A stretch of 63,901 bases of DNA, the filler included, from Nitrospirae bacterium CG2_30_53_67 (GTDB lineage Bacteria > CG2-30-53-67): NCBI GenBank assembly GCA_001873285.1. It is 6 parts of 6 records of this genome, joined end to end, with 100 filler letters (N's around TTAATTAATTAA, not from the genome) between each part and the next. Parts side by side here need not be neighbours in the genome. Positions count along the whole stretch, not along the records: positions 54,522 to 63,901 come from MNYV01000171.1; 5 more parts are not named here. One strand, 5' to 3'. This document shows, piece by piece, positions 61,391 through 63,901 of this stretch (position 1 is the first letter of the stretch; each line of letters starts with the position of its first letter). Below the pieces are notes generated by a model, which worked only from the letters and a program-made list of their open reading frames with translations, did not search any database and was not told the origin of the DNA. Made by a program: the position numbers and the translations under genes.

Positions 61391-63901
61391 ATGGATTCTG
61401 CGAAAAGGGACAGAAGCGCCTATGTGGCCGGTCTGAAGTCCATCTTTCAAGAGGGAAGGGAAGGCATCAAGCGGATCCACCTCTCCGGCGCGGCCGGGAC
61501 CGAAGTGGTCTACCGGATGACGGCATGGACCGATGTATTGTTAAGAGAGCTTTTTGATTCGGCAAAAAAACTTTCCGGAATAAAAGATGCCCGCTGTTCG
61601 CTCCTGGCCATAGGGGGCTACGGCAGGGGCGAGTTAAATCCCTTCTCCGATCTGGATGTGATGTTTCTGACCGTCAAAGAGCCTGATCCGTTCGGCCGGA
61701 CCTTGTCTGAAAACTGTTTATATCTCATGTGGGATTTGAAACTCGACATCGGACACAGCATGCGGAGCATCCAGGACTGTGTGACCTCGGCGGCATCGGA
61801 TATCCGGGCGAAGACCTCCCTGATCGAGTCCAGGTTCATCGCGGGGAATCCGGATATCTATGGTCTTTTTTTGAAGGAGTCCCGAGGAAAAATTCTGAAC
61901 AGGGATTCCGAGGCCTACCTGAGGACCAAGCTGTCGGACGTGAATGAACGCTGCAAGAAGTACGGAGGCTCACTCTATATGAAAGAGCCTCACATCAAGG
62001 AGGGGGTGGGAGGACTCCGTGATATCCATACGGCTTTCTGGATTGCCAGGGTCAAATACGGCGTCGGCTCCTTTAGTGAATTGAAAGAAAAGCGGGTGAT
62101 CTCTGAAAGGGAAGAAAGGATTCTTCATCATTCGCTGGAATTCCTCTGGAAAGTTAGAAATCATCTCCATTTTATAAGCGGGAGGCGGAACGACCTTTTG
62201 ACCATGGATATGCAGGAGGAGATGGCTCCCTTTTTTAGGTACAAGGATTTTAAACACTATCTGGCCGTGGAACGTTTCATGAGGGCATACTATCTTCAGA
62301 CGAGAAATATCCGGTATTTCACAAGCCTCCTGATGAACCGATGTGCATCCTCCAGGAAGCGGAAGATGTTTCCAGGGATCTCTTTCCGAAAGAAAGAGAT
62401 CGCGGAAGGGGTGACCCTGGTCGGGAACACCCTCTGCGTTCCGGACGGCCGGCAGGACGATTTCCGCCGGGAACCGGAACGGCTGATGCGGATCTTTTCC
62501 CTTTCTCAACGCTTCGGCGTTCTGCTGGCGGATGCCACCCAGCAGATGATCCTCTCTTCACTCAGCCTGGTGAATCATGACTTCCGCAGTTCCGCGCCTG
62601 TCCGGGATTTATTTCTCAAGATTCTGAGAGGGGAACAGAGGGTCGTGAGCACACTACGACAGATGCATGAACTGCGTTTTCTGGGAAGGTACATCCCGGA
62701 GTTCGGAGCCCTGACCGCGCTGGTCCAGCATGATCTCTACCACACCTATACGGTGGATGAACATACGCTTTTTGCCATGGAGAAACTCGAAGGTCTTCGG
62801 GGGAGCCCGTATCCCGGCAATCGTTTCTATTCCCGGCTCTTCATGGAGGTTCGGAAACCGGAGATCCTGTACCTTTCACTCCTCCTGCACGATATCGGCA
62901 AGGCCGTGGGTCCTGGTCACGTCCGGAAAGGGAGCCAGGCGATTCCTGCCGTAGCCCGCCGGATGGGCCTTTCCGAAGAAGACGCCGGCGCCATTGAATT
63001 CATGGTCAGGAATCATCTCCTCTTGGGACACCTCTCGCAGCGGCGGGATATCCATGATCCGAAACTGATCGGCCGTCTCTCCCGGCTGGTCGGCGACCAG
63101 GAACATCTCAGGATGCTGACGCTGGTTACCTATTGCGACACCAGTGCCGTCGGTCCCGGGGTCTGGAACGACTGGAAGGATACGCTCCTGCAGGAGCTTT
63201 TTCAAAGGACACGGGAACAGCTTCTTTCAGGCGCTGAACGGGCCATGGAGGTCGGGGCGGTATCTTCCCTTGAGAAAATCAAGAGCCGCATCCGTGAGGA
63301 AGGGAAAGCGATCTTCGGAGAAGAAATCGAGCATATCCTCGCGACGCTTCCGGACCGTTATTTTCTCTCTACCCCTCATTTCAGAGTGATGAAGCATCTA
63401 TCCATGCTGAGGAGAATGGAGGATGATGGGTTTATTGCGGAGTGGACCCATTATGCCTCTCGGGGATATACGGAACTGAATGTCTGCACCTATGACACGG
63501 ATACCCCCGGGCTTTTCTCAAGGATTGCAGGTGTGCTCGCCTCACGAGGACTCAATATTCTGGGGGCAAGTATTTTTACAAGCCGGGAGGGTAGGGTGAT
63601 CGATTCCATTCAGGTGGAGCTCCCCGAAGAACATAAACGGATGGATCATGATTTTTGGGAAGAGATCGCACGGACCATGCGTTCTGTCGCACAGAGGACC
63701 AGCCAGGTCCATGAGATCCTGGCGGCGCATCAACCCCCATGGTATTTGAGGAAAAAGAAGAAGCACAAGATCACCCCTCGTGTTCTGTTTGACAATACGG
63801 TTTCCGACAAATACACCGTAATCGATGTCTATGCCGAGGATCGTATCGGCCTTCTTTATCAAATCACCTCTTGTCTGGCCGATCAGGGGGTTTATATCCA
63901 C
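61391..63901 (+). CDS. glnD: PII uridylyltransferase/uridylyl-removing enzyme, runs off the window (alternative GTG start at 61304)
   Basis: AIGGYGRGELNPFSDLD, EPHIKEGVGGLRDIH, YHTYTVDEHT, LLHDIGK, ACT domains; absent from the ORF track because it has no stop in the window. Confidence 0.96.
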   Translation, partial: MDSAKRDRSAYVAGLKSIFQEGREGIKRIHLSGAAGTEVVYRMTAWTDVLLRELFDSAKKLSGIKDARCSLLAIGGYGRGELNPFSDLDVMFLTVKEPDPFGRTLSENCLYLMWDLKLDIGHSMRSIQDCVTSAASDIRAKTSLIESRFIAGNPDIYGLFLKESRGKILNRDSEAYLRTKLSDVNERCKKYGGSLYMKEPHIKEGVGGLRDIHTAFWIARVKYGVGSFSELKEKRVISEREERILHHSLEFLWKVRNHLHFISGRRNDLLTMDMQEEMAPFFRYKDFKHYLAVERFMRAYYLQTRNIRYFTSLLMNRCASSRKRKMFPGISFRKKEIAEGVTLVGNTLCVPDGRQDDFRREPERLMRIFSLSQRFGVLLADATQQMILSSLSLVNHDFRSSAPVRDLFLKILRGEQRVVSTLRQMHELRFLGRYIPEFGALTALVQHDLYHTYTVDEHTLFAMEKLEGLRGSPYPGNRFYSRLFMEVRKPEILYLSLLLHDIGKAVGPGHVRKGSQAIPAVARRMGLSEEDAGAIEFMVRNHLLLGHLSQRRDIHDPKLIGRLSRLVGDQEHLRMLTLVTYCDTSAVGPGVWNDWKDTLLQELFQRTREQLLSGAERAMEVGAVSSLEKIKSRIREEGKAIFGEEIEHILATLPDRYFLSTPHFRVMKHLSMLRRMEDDGFIAEWTHYASRGYTELNVCTYDTDTPGLFSRIAGVLASRGLNILGASIFTSREGRVIDSIQVELPEEHKRMDHDFWEEIARTMRSVAQRTSQVHEILAAHQPPWYLRKKKKHKITPRVLFDNTVSDKYTVIDVYAEDRIGLLYQITSCLADQGVYIH

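Overview
The window is six unrelated ~10-13 kb contigs joined by artificial 100-nt linkers (N-run, TTAATTAATTAA, N-run), so synteny holds only within a contig. Gene content suggests an anaerobic Gram-negative bacterium of the Deltaproteobacteria/Desulfobacterota type (inference). Housekeeping genes: rho, cobO, ilvB-ilvN-ilvC-pssA-leuA, leuB, a D-Ala-D-Ala carboxypeptidase, radC and glnD. Notable features: (1) a fluoride riboswitch heading an operon (CPA2 antiporter, USP, dynamin-like GTPase, truncated enolase, HAD, MFS, CorA) with no Fluc or CLC exporter; (2) a Leu T-box before leuA; (3) a probable selenoprotein, a rhodanese(Sec)-ferritin-like fusion that the ORF track splits in two; (4) three attC sites with one intact two-gene cassette and no integrase; (5) a family of very small insertion elements (28-175 bp) with CCCCGTTA...TAACGGGG ends and 4-bp TNAA/TTNA target duplications, one nested and one breaking a signal peptide; (6) octamer-repeat elements around a decayed four-helix-bundle gene; (7) several other MITEs and pseudogenes. 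All family assignments come from motif recognition by eye; no searches were run.
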